Position numbers and translations under genes: made by a program. Below the pieces are notes generated by a model, which was given only the letters and a program-made list of their open reading frames with translations, searched no databases and was not told where the DNA came from. Shown one piece after another: positions 14,327-28,080 of a DNA stretch of 64,000 bases (its first letter is position 1; each line of letters begins with the position of its first letter). The DNA lies in contig OZ024743.1 in the NCBI GenBank assembly GCA_964016885.1, positions 361,212,001 to 361,276,000 on the forward strand, in the 5' to 3' direction. The DNA comes from Eledone cirrhosa. Its lineage: Eukaryota.

Positions 14327-14476
14327 AATTGTTTCTATTTTTGGCACAAGGCCAGCAATTAACCAGTGCATTACTGGTACTTTATTTTATCGACCCCGTA
14401 AGGATGAAAGAAAAAGTTAACCTCGGCGGGATTTGAACTCAGAGCGTAAAGGGACGTAACTATCCTGGAAAGCATG
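14327..14476 (-). mobile_element. tRNA-derived SINE, 5'-truncated
   Basis: Reverse complement of the 384-571 family; near-duplicated TGGTTCAAT(G/A)TAAT flanks. Confidence 0.85.
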
Positions 14477-14764
14477 GTTCAATATAATATTAGGATTTGA
14501 TACTCGTTGGTGTATATTTTCGGAATATCACATCCATCCACGCTAATTTAGGTTTTGCACCTGTACTTGATTCTCAATTATGACACTATTATGTCATTCA
14601 TAAAAATACGAATTTCGTGAAAATCAACACCATAACCATCATAAATATCTGTGAAGATATAACACATCCTCTCATTTTGTGTAGTAGGATGCTTCAGCAA
14701 AATAGAAATACTTTAATACTTGGAAGCAGCTTGGGAAAATATTCAAGGGTGTGCTTCATAATTA

Positions 14765-15050
14765 TGACTCGGGTTCGGCCCTACTGAGTGGCATCTTGAG
14801 TTGGCCCATGCCTTGTGGCGGAGACCGGATAGACAGAAACTGTTTGGGAACTCGTCGGATGGACTCTACTTGTAATCAAAAGGGCCAGCCCTGTCCCACA
14901 CTATGTCACAATGAATCTTACTGAGAAATTCATTAAGAGAACATGTTTATATGGAATGCTCAGCCAGTTACACGTTCATTTTATGAGTTGTGTGCTTCTG
15001 CAATTGAAGAACTAGAACACACATCACCAAGACTGACGGGGGTCCATTCC
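14765..15050 (+). mobile_element. Decayed SINE-like repeat of a second family
   Basis: B-box-like GGGTTCGGCCC followed by a body (GTCACAATGAATCT...GCTCAGCCAGTTACACGTT) recalled as resembling conserved SINE central domains; not verified. Confidence 0.4.
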
Positions 15051-15559
15051 ACTTTCTCTTACACACATAATATTACAGCTGTACGGTCTCTATCGAAAGA
15101 GAGGAACTTATGTATGTGGGTTCCCTAAGTAGCAGTTCAAATCCCGATTCCAGAACCACATGTACACCTTTACACACACAAGCAAGTGATCCAACACTAG
15201 TCTTGCCAAGTGCGTGTTGAGGCTCAAGGATGAGAACGGGAACTTCAAACTGTGGCGTAATATTTTCCGTCTTGCGGCCACCCGGTAGCGAGGGTTGTCA
15301 GCTCTGTGTATGTGAGAGTGTGGAGATCCTAAAGTTACGTGGGTGGGCGATCACCTCTAGGTTGGATATCCCGAGTAATTGTATGCATCGAAGGACCCAT
15401 CTGTTCGCCCATCTTGCAGGTGTGCGCACCGTGAGGGTCTGATGTCTTACTTAGGAGGCTACCGATCCTGTTGTGTCACGGTAGCCCCATTACTCGTCTC
15501 AAAACACAAACACCCTTTTTCTTGCATTTGTGTGAGTGTATTTTTGTTTTCTGTATCTG

Positions 15560-15663
<104 letters not shown>

Positions 15664-15688
15664 AAAAAAAAAGGAAAAGTAGTTCTAA

Positions 15689-15912
15689 ACAATTTGATTT
15701 AATTTTATATTATTATGATTTGGTAAATCTGGTAAGTTCTTTGTTAACTTCAGTGGGAAGATGTTTAAAGATACCTGGGTAACTTTCCTGGAGAACCTTC
15801 TCGCATTCGTCGACGAATGTGAGAAAGTTAACTGGAAATCTTCTCACCGAGGTTAAGAAAGAACTTACCAGATCTACCAAATCATAAGATTATAAAATTA
15901 AATCAAATTGTT
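15689..15912. repeat. Imperfect ~80-bp inverted repeat (MITE/foldback-like)
   Basis: AACAATTTGATTTAATTTTAT...GGTAAGTTCTTT vs AAAGAACTTACC...ATAAAATTAAATCAAATTGTT. Confidence 0.8.
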
Positions 15913-15985
15913 AATAACTACAAGTGAAGACATTCTTTTCCTTTTTTTACATATACATAACTGTACCAAGGAGTTCACACATTTT

Positions 15986-16280
15986 CAAACAAGCATATAG
16001 AATGACCAAATACGAGCCTAGAACACAACGGATATACCGATCTCGAGCATTACAAGAAAAACACGTATACACGATCACACACATACACACACGCATGCAT
16101 AAAATGCCTACACACACACACTCTCTCACACGTAGAAATCGTACAAGTACATACATATACATACCCACATCCATGCACACACCCACATATGCATATGAAC
16201 GGTTTTTTCTTGTAATGCTCGAGATAGGTACGTCCGTTGTGTTCTAGGTCGGTGTTTGGTCATTATATATGCTTGTTTGT
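15986..16280. repeat. ~85-bp inverted repeat around a CA-rich spacer
   Basis: CAAACAAGCATATAGAATGACCAAA...CTCGAGCATTACAAGAAAAA vs TTTTTCTTGTAATGCTCGAG...TTTGGTCATTATATATGCTTGTTTG. Confidence 0.8.
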
Positions 16281-16559
16281 GTCTGGATGGTTCCTCCACA
16301 GATTTGATGTGATTTTTTGTTGTGTTAACACTGATCTCAGTATGAGACAGTCTTGGAGTTTGGAGTGGGGTGCCATCACAGATCACGAGCCAACTGCTTG
16401 GGAAACATTTGTAACCAGGATTAAACAATAAATCTCCTATGTAACATCTCGACTTTATTTAAATTATTTAAATTTATCTAGCGTCTAAATATAACGATCT
16501 TTTTCAACTTTACATTACCCTCATTAACATATTCATCCTAAGATTTGAATTTCTTTCAC

Positions 16560-16908
16560 TATTCAAACAGAATTTAAAACGATAAGTTCTTGTTCTTGAA
16601 TATGTCACTATCTATAAAACAACTTTTGTATTTTATCTGATGAGTACGTACCAAAAAATGTTGGTATCCTTTAAATATATACAATAAAATAAATATGGTT
16701 TTATAAAGATAGTTTCCATTTATATATAAAATATAAGATAAAATAAAGTAACAGTAATGCACTGGGTAATTGCTGGCCTTGTGCCTAAAGTAGAAACAAT
16801 TATATATATTTCAAGGATACCAACATTTTTTGGTACGCACGCATCAGATAAAATACAAAAGTTGTTTTATAGATAGTGATATATTCAAGAACAATTCTGT
16901 TTGAATAT
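16560..16908. repeat. Inverted pair of decayed HHR-bearing segments enclosing a SINE 3' end
   Basis: 16560-16681 is the reverse complement of 16803-16908; CTGATGA...TAAAT in the left arm and CTGATGC...GAAAT in the right arm; SINE tail at 16753-16802. Confidence 0.7.
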
Positions 16909-18647
16909 ATAAATGGCAATTTCTGTCTGTGTGTAGCCAGTTGTCGTCTAAACTAGTGATCCGATCCTGCTGAAACATTACACACATGTTAAGAAACAGG
17001 ATTCGCTAATTGGATTTCAATAAAAATCAATAATGGAACCCCTGCGGACATTAAACCCTCCCTCACATTACTCGCCTTCCTGCTCCCGCAAGTATGTCCT
17101 CCAAAACGATGCAACGACTTATTTATTTTGTTTTTTCTTCATTCTGTAGAGAAAAAGAAAGAGGAGATGAGAGAGAGGAGATAAGAGAGAAAGAGAGGCG
17201 ATGAGAGGGAGAGGATAAGAGAGAGAGATGGATGAAGGAGAGAGAGAAAGAAAGCCAAAGAAAGAGAGAGGGGGGATTAGGGAAGAGAGAGAAGGAAAAC
17301 AGAAAAATGATAGCATAGTTCGATAACTAACATTTATTTATTTATTTTTTAAACGCTTCTTAACTAACTACTTTCTTAGCTTTACTTCTCTTTCTCTCTC
17401 TCTCTTTCACAAAAGTCGTAATGAGACTGTGTGTGTATGTGAGCGTGTTCACGCACGCACGTGTGTCTCGACGTTCTTAAATTAGAGACAGGTGTGTGTG
17501 TGTGTGTGTTTTTATCACCGTACTTAAGTTGGAGACATATATATCCCAGTCTACTGTCTCATGTGTATATATATATATATATATATATGAAGAAAAAAGG
17601 AAAGGTTGTATGTGACACCTCTATCTACTAGTAATATTAACAAAATCCATTTCAAATCACAGCAAAGTCTTACACACACGAACACACACACATGCATGTC
17701 ATGGAAGCCACTATAACTGTTGGTGTATCTAAAAGAAATAGAAAAAAAATCTCCCTCAAACAAGATCCTACTGCCATAGGGGAATAAATTGGTGAAACTA
17801 CAGTGTAAAAATGTTAATTGACCCAAGCTCTGCGGCACTTTGGGCCAAGGAGGGTAACCTTCCCAAATATCGGTCGCTCTCCGACAGGATTGTTGTTGCA
17901 CCCATAGCAATGGAGATTTCTGGTGTCCGTGGCTTTAGGGCTACCTCCCAACTCACCAGCATCGGCACAGAGTTGGCTACCCACAGGGGTGAACCCCGCA
18001 AGCCGGAATGGATTTATCATCGCGTTTCCCCCACTATCCTCTATTCCGACGACCACCGGGCCTGCAGGGCGGCCAGTTCGTGGGCCCACATTTCCTCATA
18101 ATAGTGAATGACGGGGAGTTCGGGAGTGGTGTAGGCAGTGCCAGTAGCAGTTTGCTTTCTGGTGTATATGTATATATTTACCACACTTACACACATTCCA
18201 ATAAACATTACTAAATTACAGAAATGAGTAAGTAGATTCTTCATTAATTCATAAACAAATGTTAAATTTATTATTTTATTTTATTTTATTTATGCTTCTT
18301 AAATAGCCTTCGCATTTTGCTTGAATTTCCTAGGTCCGGATTGTGCAAAAAAAAAAGGATAAATAAAATCAAAATTTCTATCTTTTTTGTTATGCTCTTT
18401 TCACTGACAACATACCTAATGGTTTTTCCAAGTGCGTAGCATTATATATGATGACTGTAATAGGGAGCAGTATTAAACAAATCACCACTGGACAAAACTA
18501 ATATTATTTTAATCTACATTGTTTGCTTTAAACAAACGGCAATAAATATTCTGCTATAATTCCTACTTTAGTTAAAATTCAGATATCATATTTCAATGGT
18601 CAAATATTGTAAACTCAATCACTGGGAATCACTGGGTAGCTCAGCTA

Positions 18648-18648
<1 letters not shown>
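16905..18648 (+). mobile_element. Non-autonomous Helitron with internal insertions
   Basis: 5' ATATATAAATGGCAATTTCTGTCTGTGTG resembles the start of the 2485 element; 3' decayed hairpin plus CTAG|T. Confidence 0.5.
17805..18110 (+). pseudogene. 3' restriction-like endonuclease fragment of a CRE-like non-LTR retrotransposon
   Basis: SAALWAKEGNLPKYRSL...APIAMEISGVRG...IGTELA...GEPR..EW; homologous to 44765-44990. Confidence 0.65.
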
Positions 18649-18711
<63 letters not shown>

Positions 18712-18756
18712 GACGTCAAATAGGAAAATTATAAAAATCAACTTTCTAAACTTTCA

Positions 18757-18837
18757 CTCCAACTAATTAGTTACTGTAAGGGAATAAATATGGTTACCGA
18801 ACGGAACCATAAAGAAAATCCTTACGTCATCAGGGAG
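18757..18837 (-). ncRNA. Hammerhead ribozyme, mutated (array B)
   Basis: CTCC-CTGATGA-cGTAAGG...CCTTACa-GTAAC-TAATTA-GTT-GGAG (GAAAC changed to GTAAC). Confidence 0.65.
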
Positions 18838-19640
18838 TCTATTCTCAGCTAAGTTCCCAGGCAATGCGTGGACACAGGGAACTTATACAAAAATAATTCA
18901 GTGAATGGAAAAAAGCGAGCGGGGACTCAATTCCAGGACATTGAAACAATCACTGCCTACTTGGTCCGTGGCAAATTCAGAAGAATCAATCACGTGACAC
19001 TGAGGTTAATCAGTGAGGAGTGGGGTGCTAATAAGACAGGAGCCTGACTACTACCATGAACCATAGCAGTAATTTCGGCAATTTTTTGCTAAACAAATAA
19101 TTTGGAGATAATTATAAAGAATGATGACGTAAGGATTTCTCTATGGTTCCGTTCGGTAACCATATTTATTCCCTTACAGAAACTAATTAGTTGGAGTGAA
19201 ATTTTAGTAAGTTGATTTTTATAATTTTCTTATTTTACGTCTTTCATATAATCGTTCTGCATCCTCTTGCATTGAACCACAAAGTTAATAAGACAAAACC
19301 TATATATGTACTAGCATAGGTATGCATCTGTATATATATGTTGGTAGATATACTAATTCTTTATAATTATCTCCAAATTATTTGTTGAGCAAAAATTTGC
19401 CGAAATTACTGCTATGGTTCATGGTAGTAGTCAGGCTCCTGTCGTATTAGCACCCCACTCCTCACTGATTAACCTCAGTGTCACGTGATTGATTCTTCTG
19501 AATTTGCCACCGACCAAGTAGGCAGTGATTTTTTCAATGTCCTGGAATTTAGTCCCCGCTTGCTATTTTCCATCCACTGAATTATTTTTGTATAAGTTCC
19601 CTGTGTCCCCGCATTGCCTGGGAACTTAGCTGAGAATAGA

Positions 19641-19721
19641 CTCCCTGATGACGTAAGGATTTTCTCTATGGTTCCGTTCGGTAACCATATTTATTCCCTT
19701 ACAGAAACTAATTGGTTGGAG
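19641..19721 (+). ncRNA. Type I hammerhead ribozyme (array B)
   Basis: CTCC-CTGATGA-cGTAAGG...TATGGTT/AACCATA inner hairpin...CCTTACa-GAAAC-TAATTG-GTT-GGAG. Confidence 0.8.
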
Positions 19722-19867
19722 TGAAATTTTTGTAAGTTGATTTTTATAATTTTCTTATTTTACGTCTGCATCCTCTTGCATTGAACCACAAAGTTACTAA
19801 GACAAGACCTATATATTTACTAGCATAGGTATGCATCTGTATATATATGTTGGTAGATATACTAATT

Positions 19868-19918
<51 letters not shown>

Positions 19919-20079
19919 TATATTTGGGGAGGGTCATGTTGTTATACAATTGCCAGAAATATATAATAAAATACACTCACTGTCTGGTTTGGGCTGGGTT
20001 TTCCTTCCGTATATTTTATGCCACTCTGTTTCAACACATGATTTCATAACATAAACCTTGCAAAACAAATTCATCGACG

Positions 20080-20138
<59 letters not shown>

Positions 20139-20164
20139 CTGTGTGTGTGTGTGCGTGTGTGTGT

Positions 20165-20247
<83 letters not shown>

Positions 20248-22759
20248 TGCGTGCGCGCGTGAATGCGCGTATCTATGTATATTACTATACTTTGGAAGTA
20301 TAGAAGTATAGAATAAAGCCAAATATTAAATGATGTTTATTTACAGTAAGTACTTACGAGTGCGAAGAAATGCAGAAACCATGTAAAAGCGTTAACTCTT
20401 CGTGATAAACCAAGATGTAACATTTAAAATTGTTATAGTCTGTGGAACCTAAAAAATTATTGATATTGTTTTCTCTCTCTTTCTCTTTTTCTCACTCATA
20501 TATAATTTGTGATGTACAACGGTAATATATGGATATAAGAAAGTATTTCTGATAATGTGCATACTATAATATAGTTCAGGGAAGAGAGATTTGAAAGATT
20601 GTTAGTATCTCCCTATATAACATCATCAATGATTCAGTAAATATAAAGGGGAAAATATATCGAAGCTTCTTCCGGAGTCTTCCTTTTGTTGCACCCGAGA
20701 TTGTAATATTAAAATAGAATTTGCATGTAAATAATGCCAAATGAAATAAGTAACACCGTTAAAGGAATGTAACATATGTTGAAATATAAAGACCAATAGA
20801 TAAACAACCTTCTTTTATGTAATAGGTATAGATTTGGAAAATCAATAACAGAATGTTTTAGTTATATCTGGGGATGGTTGCATATATTATATTTTGATTT
20901 AAAATTATCAAATATATAGATGTACAATACTACATGTTTATAATGGATTCCTTAAGGAGGGAAATACAAAGGGTAGTAATGTGTATTACTAAGAGTAGCA
21001 TTGAAAATGTAGTCATTCTTTGGTTCTCAGAGTGAAATAATTCTGAGAGCGTATTTGTGTAACGGTAGATATTTAATTATTAATTTCGGTTTCCAGTCTA
21101 TACTACAAATATGTTGATATCAAAATGTAGTTAGTATAATCTAGATGTTACTGAATGTAAAACGGTAATAACAATCATGATAGATATATTAGAAGTTATA
21201 TTTGGTAAATGAGGTTTTAATTGATGATGTTTTGCAACAAACAGATTTGATTTTGTTTTGTTTTTCTTATATATATATATAAATGGATTCTCATCGTTAT
21301 TATCATTGGAGTTTTTTGGTCTTTGATTTTTCTTCGATATTTTATATGTATTATCTAGATCATCAGAAGTACCAACATTATATTTTTATATAAAGTATTA
21401 GGTATTATTTTTTTATATCATTAATAATGAAGTATTTCTTGAAATGAGTGTATATTTAATATTTATCGTAAAATATGATCTAATGAACGGTCTTGCTAAA
21501 ATTAAAGGATATTTTCGAAAACAGTATAACCAACATGTGGAATTAGTATAAATAGCGTGACGTAAAAGTTGTTTTGACATAAAATGTTTTTGCTGATTTA
21601 CTTTCCAAAGCGAACGCACTTTCATGATATATACTGTAGAGCGAGAGCGAGTATACTCAAATTGTTAGATGATTAAATTGAAAGAGCTTTTGTCAGATTT
21701 CCTGTAGTACATAGAAATACGTCACTTCCCTGGCATCTACTCAAGATATCATGGATGTTTTTTTTTTCAGAATATACTTGAAAGGGGTGATTTATGTACG
21801 ATTTAAGGTTTCTACTTGAGATAAAATATATCATAAGTTGCAAGTTTGATACAAATAAAAACAATTCAAATATATCTTTTCATTTCTTTTCTTTTTTTGT
21901 TTGTTCGGTACCTGATCAAACGTGATTCAGCGGACATGATCAAACGCATGACAGCCGTGTCCACCTGGTCATGCTATGTGTATATATGAATACGTTTCAC
22001 TGCTACTTCTAGCACGTTGATCATACAGATACAGACCCACTCACTTTCATAGATCCAACTAGCCAAGACTGTGATGTCATAAAATATAAATCATTCCGGC
22101 TATGACTATCCTGACTTTATTTGAAAATATCTATCTCAAGCTACATTATCTGATGTACGATGAATTGATTTGAGGCAAACGTGGCTGCTACATCTAACGT
22201 TTATTTGTTCTTACTCTCATGCTTAGTTTTTATTTTATTTGTTGTTATCAATGGCTATTCATATATGGAATCTTAAAATGCCCTATAATATTTCTATGTT
22301 CCGTGTTTAAATACCGATGGGGTAGACTTTCTGTTTCCTCATCTTGGGTGCGATAAAACAAAGTACCAATCAAGCAATTGAGACATGTTTAATGGGTTTC
22401 TCCTCCAACCTCAAAACACTAGCCCTGTGCCTAAATTATAAACCGCTATTATGATTATTAGATTTATCGTTTTCAATTCTATTACATTAGGTTTAGACTT
22501 TTGCAGTTTATGATTAACAATAATTTATTGTTAACATACCAATAGTGTCAGTGATAGTCGAATTATTACCTTTCTCATCACTATGATTTCCTTAGGCATG
22601 GAACATCGTAAATGGTGCTATGAGAGGCAATGTATAATATTAATAATTAAACAACCCCACGATAATCAGCAATCAAGTGTCACTGTCTGATTTTAAAAAT
22701 ATTCTGTGTAGGAGACCAATAATTATCTTTATTGATATTTCTTTAACAATTCGGGTTGA

Positions 22760-22990
22760 ATAGACAGAGTCGTTTGAGCGTCGGCTAAAAATGCATAGCT
22801 GTATTTTTGTCTGTTATTTGCGCTTTGAGTTCAAACCTTGACGGGCTCAACTTTACCTAATATACTTTTCTGATCAATATAAAAGTACCAGTAAAAGCTA
22901 GTGAGTTGCCGGAATTGTTAGAGCATCTTGTATGATACGTTGTAGTATCTCCTTGGGGCCTTTTCGTTCTGAGTTCGCCAACAAGGTAAC
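22760..22990 (+). mobile_element. Two decayed SINE fragments
   Basis: GAGTTCAAACC...CAACTTTACC...AAAGTACCAGT, then a second tRNA-like head ending TTCTGAGTTC. Confidence 0.55.
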
Positions 22991-25654
22991 AAGAGGTATC
23001 GGTCTTTGTCTTTCCCGTGGACAATATCGTTTATGTGTAGACAGAAGTCCTACATGCATGCTCGACGGCCGATCCTTTACATAAAATACTTGCATTTACT
23101 TGTAGCTTGGAGATTAAAATTCCAAATAAAATCTCTAAAGTTATGACCGAAGGCTTCACAAAAATTCGTCTTATTCTCCATCCCACTTACATATAATAAT
23201 ATGAAATAAGATTGAAAATGGCGAGGAAAAAATATTAAGAAAATGATCGTAATTTTATTGTAATATAATATCATTGTTAAAAATGGGTGAGGGGAAAAAC
23301 TTTCATCTTGGTGGGGTCTAGTATTTTTCAGATAGTCCTCCTGCTTTTATGACAGGAATTATACTATTTTCCTTTTTATTACTCTTCATCTTCGAATTAT
23401 GGAATTTAGCCGTCTCATATTTTCCGAGTTATTTCACTGCACTACAATATAGGGGAAATTATTTTTTGTACAGTTTATCATATTGATGGTACTCTGTGCT
23501 TTATGTGCGTAGTTTTTCGTAATATGTTTTTCTGTATTGTCAGAAAAAATGATTTGCGTTATTAGTTCTGATTTCAAATCCCGTTGTAATATGAATTAAG
23601 TATCATAGAAAGGGTGCATTTGGTTTTAGTGGACATCTCTGGATGGCTAGGCTTTCAATTAAAGCATCACTTGATGCATTATATTTGCAAGACAATGACA
23701 GAATTCCCTTATGTAGCACGCGACTTCTGCTGTCAACCATATTACGGAACACAAGAAGGGGAGCAATGAATTTATCGAGTTTGTCACAAATGTATAAAAT
23801 AGGTATATCTATGTTTGTATAAATATTTTTAATTTTTAAGTGGCATACTGTTTATGTTAATGAGCTTCACCTATATATATCAATCACTGATGAATATAGT
23901 AATCAGTGCTCATGAATGCATTTCATATTTTGCAATAGTCCATAATATTACTAAGTTGAACAAGTTGAAATTCACAGCTAAGGTAGAGAAGCAGGTGTCT
24001 TGTGGATATACCATTTGATATACTACACGAATATTTACAATAATATATAATAATAATAGTATATCCATTGTTATACAAATGGCTAGATTATAAGTCGTAA
24101 TAGAAAATATGTTGCTGCGGCTGTTGTGGCTGTTGCAAGTGTTATTGAAATTGAAATCGATAAGAAGAAAACAAAGAAGAAAATACAACAAAACCAACAA
24201 CAAAGAGAAGAATAACAATAACAAAAAAAACAACAAAAAACAAAGATAATGGTGATAACGACAACGACACCTCGACGATAATGATTCCTGGTAACAAAAT
24301 ATATGAACATTGGTGAGACAACTGCAGTATGCTTCTCAAAGTTGTTCAAACAACGACCCTCTTCAAGTTCATTCAATCTGCTAGAAATAGCTTACAAACC
24401 TCACTCATATCCTAACGTCTACATAATGGAAAGATACATTGGATAATGTACTTTTCGATACACTATTTCTTCAATAATGTCTGGAATGATCATGGCTGGA
24501 ATATGTTTATTTTTCTCATGATAATCCTGTTCTGGTGCAAAATAACAGCATGAATTAAAAAAAAAACGACGTCTATAAAAGGTTATACATTCCTTCATTT
24601 CTCGAAAGAAAATGTTCTTATCTGAGAACCGTCATAAATATTTAAACATTTGTGAATTTATTCTAGTCATTATTTTAAATTTGCAACATTAACAAGAGCG
24701 GTTTACTTCTTATATTCTTCAATTCGAATTTCTGAAATATTTTATTACTAAATAAAATTATAAGCAATATTCATTTCCTATTTAAAGATATATAGTTTCC
24801 TGTATATTTATCGGTGAGATTTAGAATAAAATAGTCAATAAATATATTTGTCACCAAAGGATAAAACCTTAAGTTGGAATCCTTTGTAATATCAAATAAC
24901 ATTAGCTTAAGAAATATTGCCCTACGATACAATTTAAAGTATGTTGTCTAAAAATATATGAAACTAGGTAAACAATTTATCTTTTTGTTCTAATTATAAT
25001 GTAAGAATTATTTCTACCTTTTGAATTATTCTTTAGAAATATTCACAAAAAAGCGGGAATAAATTAAAAATGGATATATTAACAATTTCTAATAAATCAT
25101 TTTCCGAAATATATTAAGGAAATATATTTTTAAATTGACCAAATTCTAGTAGTTGGACATCATACACTATTTCTTGCTGAATTTATCCGATGCTTTTGCA
25201 GTAATTCCAAGCGTATCTCTTACATTTGCAAGATGTAATAGAATTTCATTGATTAGGTTATATTTTTGTAGTGAAATATTTATCTATAAATATATTTCAC
25301 ATAATTATCTGAGATAAGTTAAAATTGATTTTTTAAGTTTTCTAAATTTGTAATTATTGTTTAACACAAAACCAATGAATGTGAAATATACAAAACAGTA
25401 GATGACATATACCTTAGTATATGACCAGTGCTCTTGTATCTACCACGGCGGGAAAGAAACACGACTTTGGAAGCACTGGTGGTTTTGTGTACATAATGTA
25501 TTATGTGTGTATCTTTCCTAGTGTATAACTTCATATTGTCGAAATATGCAATTGTAAACTGTAAAACCGATAGACCGGTGTTTTCGGCCGGAATTACCTC
25601 ACATTATCGGTAAAGTGTCGAACAACATATTTTGCACCATGTATTATGTCCTTT

Positions 25655-25985
25655 TAAGTAATCGCGCCGAGGTTAGCTTTGCTTTTCATCATTACGGGGT
25701 TGATTTAATAAAGTACCAACTGGGGTCGAGTTAATCGAATTTCTCATCCCCTAAAATTATTGGTCGTGTGCCTAAATCAAGAACCCCAATCGGTTGGATG
25801 CCGGACAACATGATTTTGTAGCATAAAGTTACAGCCTTTTACGTTCTGATTTGAAATCACTTCGATGTTAGCTTTGCCTTTCATAAATTATAGGGTAGAT
25901 AAAATAAAGTATCAGTAACGCACTGTGGTCAATTTAATTGACTTTACCCTCCCTGAATACTGTGCATAAATCAGAAAGCATTATT
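25655..25985 (+). mobile_element. Two older SINE copies in tandem
   Basis: Repeated GTTAGCTTTGC.TTTCAT...AATAAAGTA.CA...GGTC body. Confidence 0.7.
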
Positions 25986-25998
25986 TCTCCATCATCAA

Positions 25999-26190
25999 GG
26001 GCGGTGGATTGGCAGTATTGGTAGAGGGTCGGACGCCATGCTTTGACGCATAGAGTTACAGCCCTTGCCATTCTGAGTTCAAATCCCGCCGAGGTTAACT
26101 TTGCCTTTCATCCTTACGGGGTCGATAAAATAAAGTACCAGTAATACACTTGGTAATTGCTGGCCTTGTGCCTAACGTAGAAACAATTAT
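25999..26190 (+). mobile_element. Young tRNA-derived SINE with 19-bp TSD
   Basis: TSD ATTATTTCTCCATCATCAA at 25980-25998 and 26186-26204. Confidence 0.92.
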
Positions 26191-27976
26191 TTCTCCATCA
26201 TCAACACCGAGTTACGGAGATATTGTTTTGTCGCTCATATCCTCATAAATATTACTTGTTTCATTGGAAAATAGGAAACAGCGAAATTACCTTTTCACAT
26301 AATAGGATATAAAATAAATATAATTAAAAATATAGCATTAAGTGTAGTGTTCTACAGCCGTAACAATACTTATTTCATAGCCCGTGTCCCTGCATAATGA
26401 AGTAGTGTTTCCATTTTACTTTACATTAAATCACAATTAGCTAGTGAATGAAAATAAGATTGAATAGACAAATTAGTGTGAATTTAATATACACAACTAT
26501 CGTTTCTTATCATGCATATATATATATTAGTGCGTTTGAATTTAATTTCATACATCTAAACTCAGTAATGGAATATATAGTGCCGTGTTTTTGTAAGATA
26601 CACTAAAGCCATAAATATATTAAAGATTGAACGATTTACGAAACCCTTTCTCTTCTTGAGATATAGAAGGTGATGGAGGAAGTGAAGCTTTCTGAAAAGT
26701 ATTTTTGGAACTCATTCTTTGAATAAATCTGATATTTTAAACCACATTTCTGTCTCAACATAAATACTGTTTTATATGTTCCTGTGGCCATGTGTATATC
26801 AGGAAATATTTGTTATAGGTCCATCTATAACGCCACATCTTTAAATAAACTACAGTATTTCACATACGTTAATCAATAAAATATTGTGGGTAGTATTTCC
26901 ATATGTGTAAAGGTCTTTCAAGGGTGTGCTATATCTTCCTCCAGGACGGTGTTATATTTAACCATTTATTTACAGAATATCTTTCGCTCTCAGAAGCCAA
27001 TCCTGTAGTCCTTCTAAAATAGAAATCATTAAACTATCATTAAATGGGGAAACGACATATACATTAGTTTAGTAAGAACAACTTTCAAGCATATTAATGT
27101 TAAGGTTAGACCCATGCGATACCACAAATATCCATAAGATGAGCCTTAATCAAGTATATCCTTCAACATTGCGACACATATTCTCATAAAAGCACTCAGG
27201 TACAATTTTATACTCTATTCGGAGTTAGATAATTATTAAAAACTGAACATATCAGATATTTATTAGGGTATAACTAACATGCGAAAGTATAGATACGGTA
27301 AAAACAAGAATATTTTTAAAGCATCCATAGAGTATACTTAAGTTGATTACCAAATTTTACCAAGTACACTGTTTTGTAGAATTTTCAATAACATTCCAAT
27401 TATTCTCTGTAAGAACTGAGAACTCATAATTGTAACCCCATTGAACATTGCCACGTAGAAAAATTATGATTCTATATTTTGTATATGAGTCCTGAATAGG
27501 AGTGAATTTATAATTTGAACCTGTTTGAATTTCGTTCTATAAGAAGCGCCACCCTTTTCCCTGACGTCACACAAAATATGTGTACTTGTTATAGCTTAAT
27601 TGCTAAAAATTAAAATTTTGTCTTTCGCCTCTTACTCTAGTTGACAACGTTTGGTTTGTGTCAGACGCTGTAACCCCGAATGAAATAGGAGTACGTTGTT
27701 AGGGGTCGGAACTATCAAAGTTTATTTCAACGGCCGATGAACCTGGAGTTATGTGTCTATCGTTTGTATTTTGATTTTTTTTAAATCACACAGATTTTTA
27801 AGGTTCCCATTAAAAAATTGCTTTTCGTTTTCCCTTGTGTTCATTCGTTGTCTTGACTTCTATATTAATTATCCTAATAAGTTACTATGTGTTACAGCAT
27901 TTATATAAATTTGTATCGAGTACTATCACGATGTTGATCTTTTGAAATGTGTACGTTTTACACAAACACACACCAA

Positions 27977-28074
<98 letters not shown>

Positions 28075-28080
28075 ACATTA

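Larger units (their letters stand above)
18707..19872. mobile_element. Array B: ~525-bp HHR-containing repeat, inverted plus tandem, homologous to array A
   Basis: Minus copy 18707-19122, plus copies 19123-19872 (GAAAC at 19179 and 19704); colinear similarity to array A; flanked by (TA)n. Confidence 0.85.

Noticed and set aside
20350-22715. Possible minus-strand exons with GT/AG signals near 20357-20447 and 22570-22703
   Set aside because: No consistent open frame or recognisable protein when joined.
27562-27569. CRE palindrome TGACGTCA as a promoter element
   Set aside because: A single 8-mer is expected by chance, and there is no linked gene.
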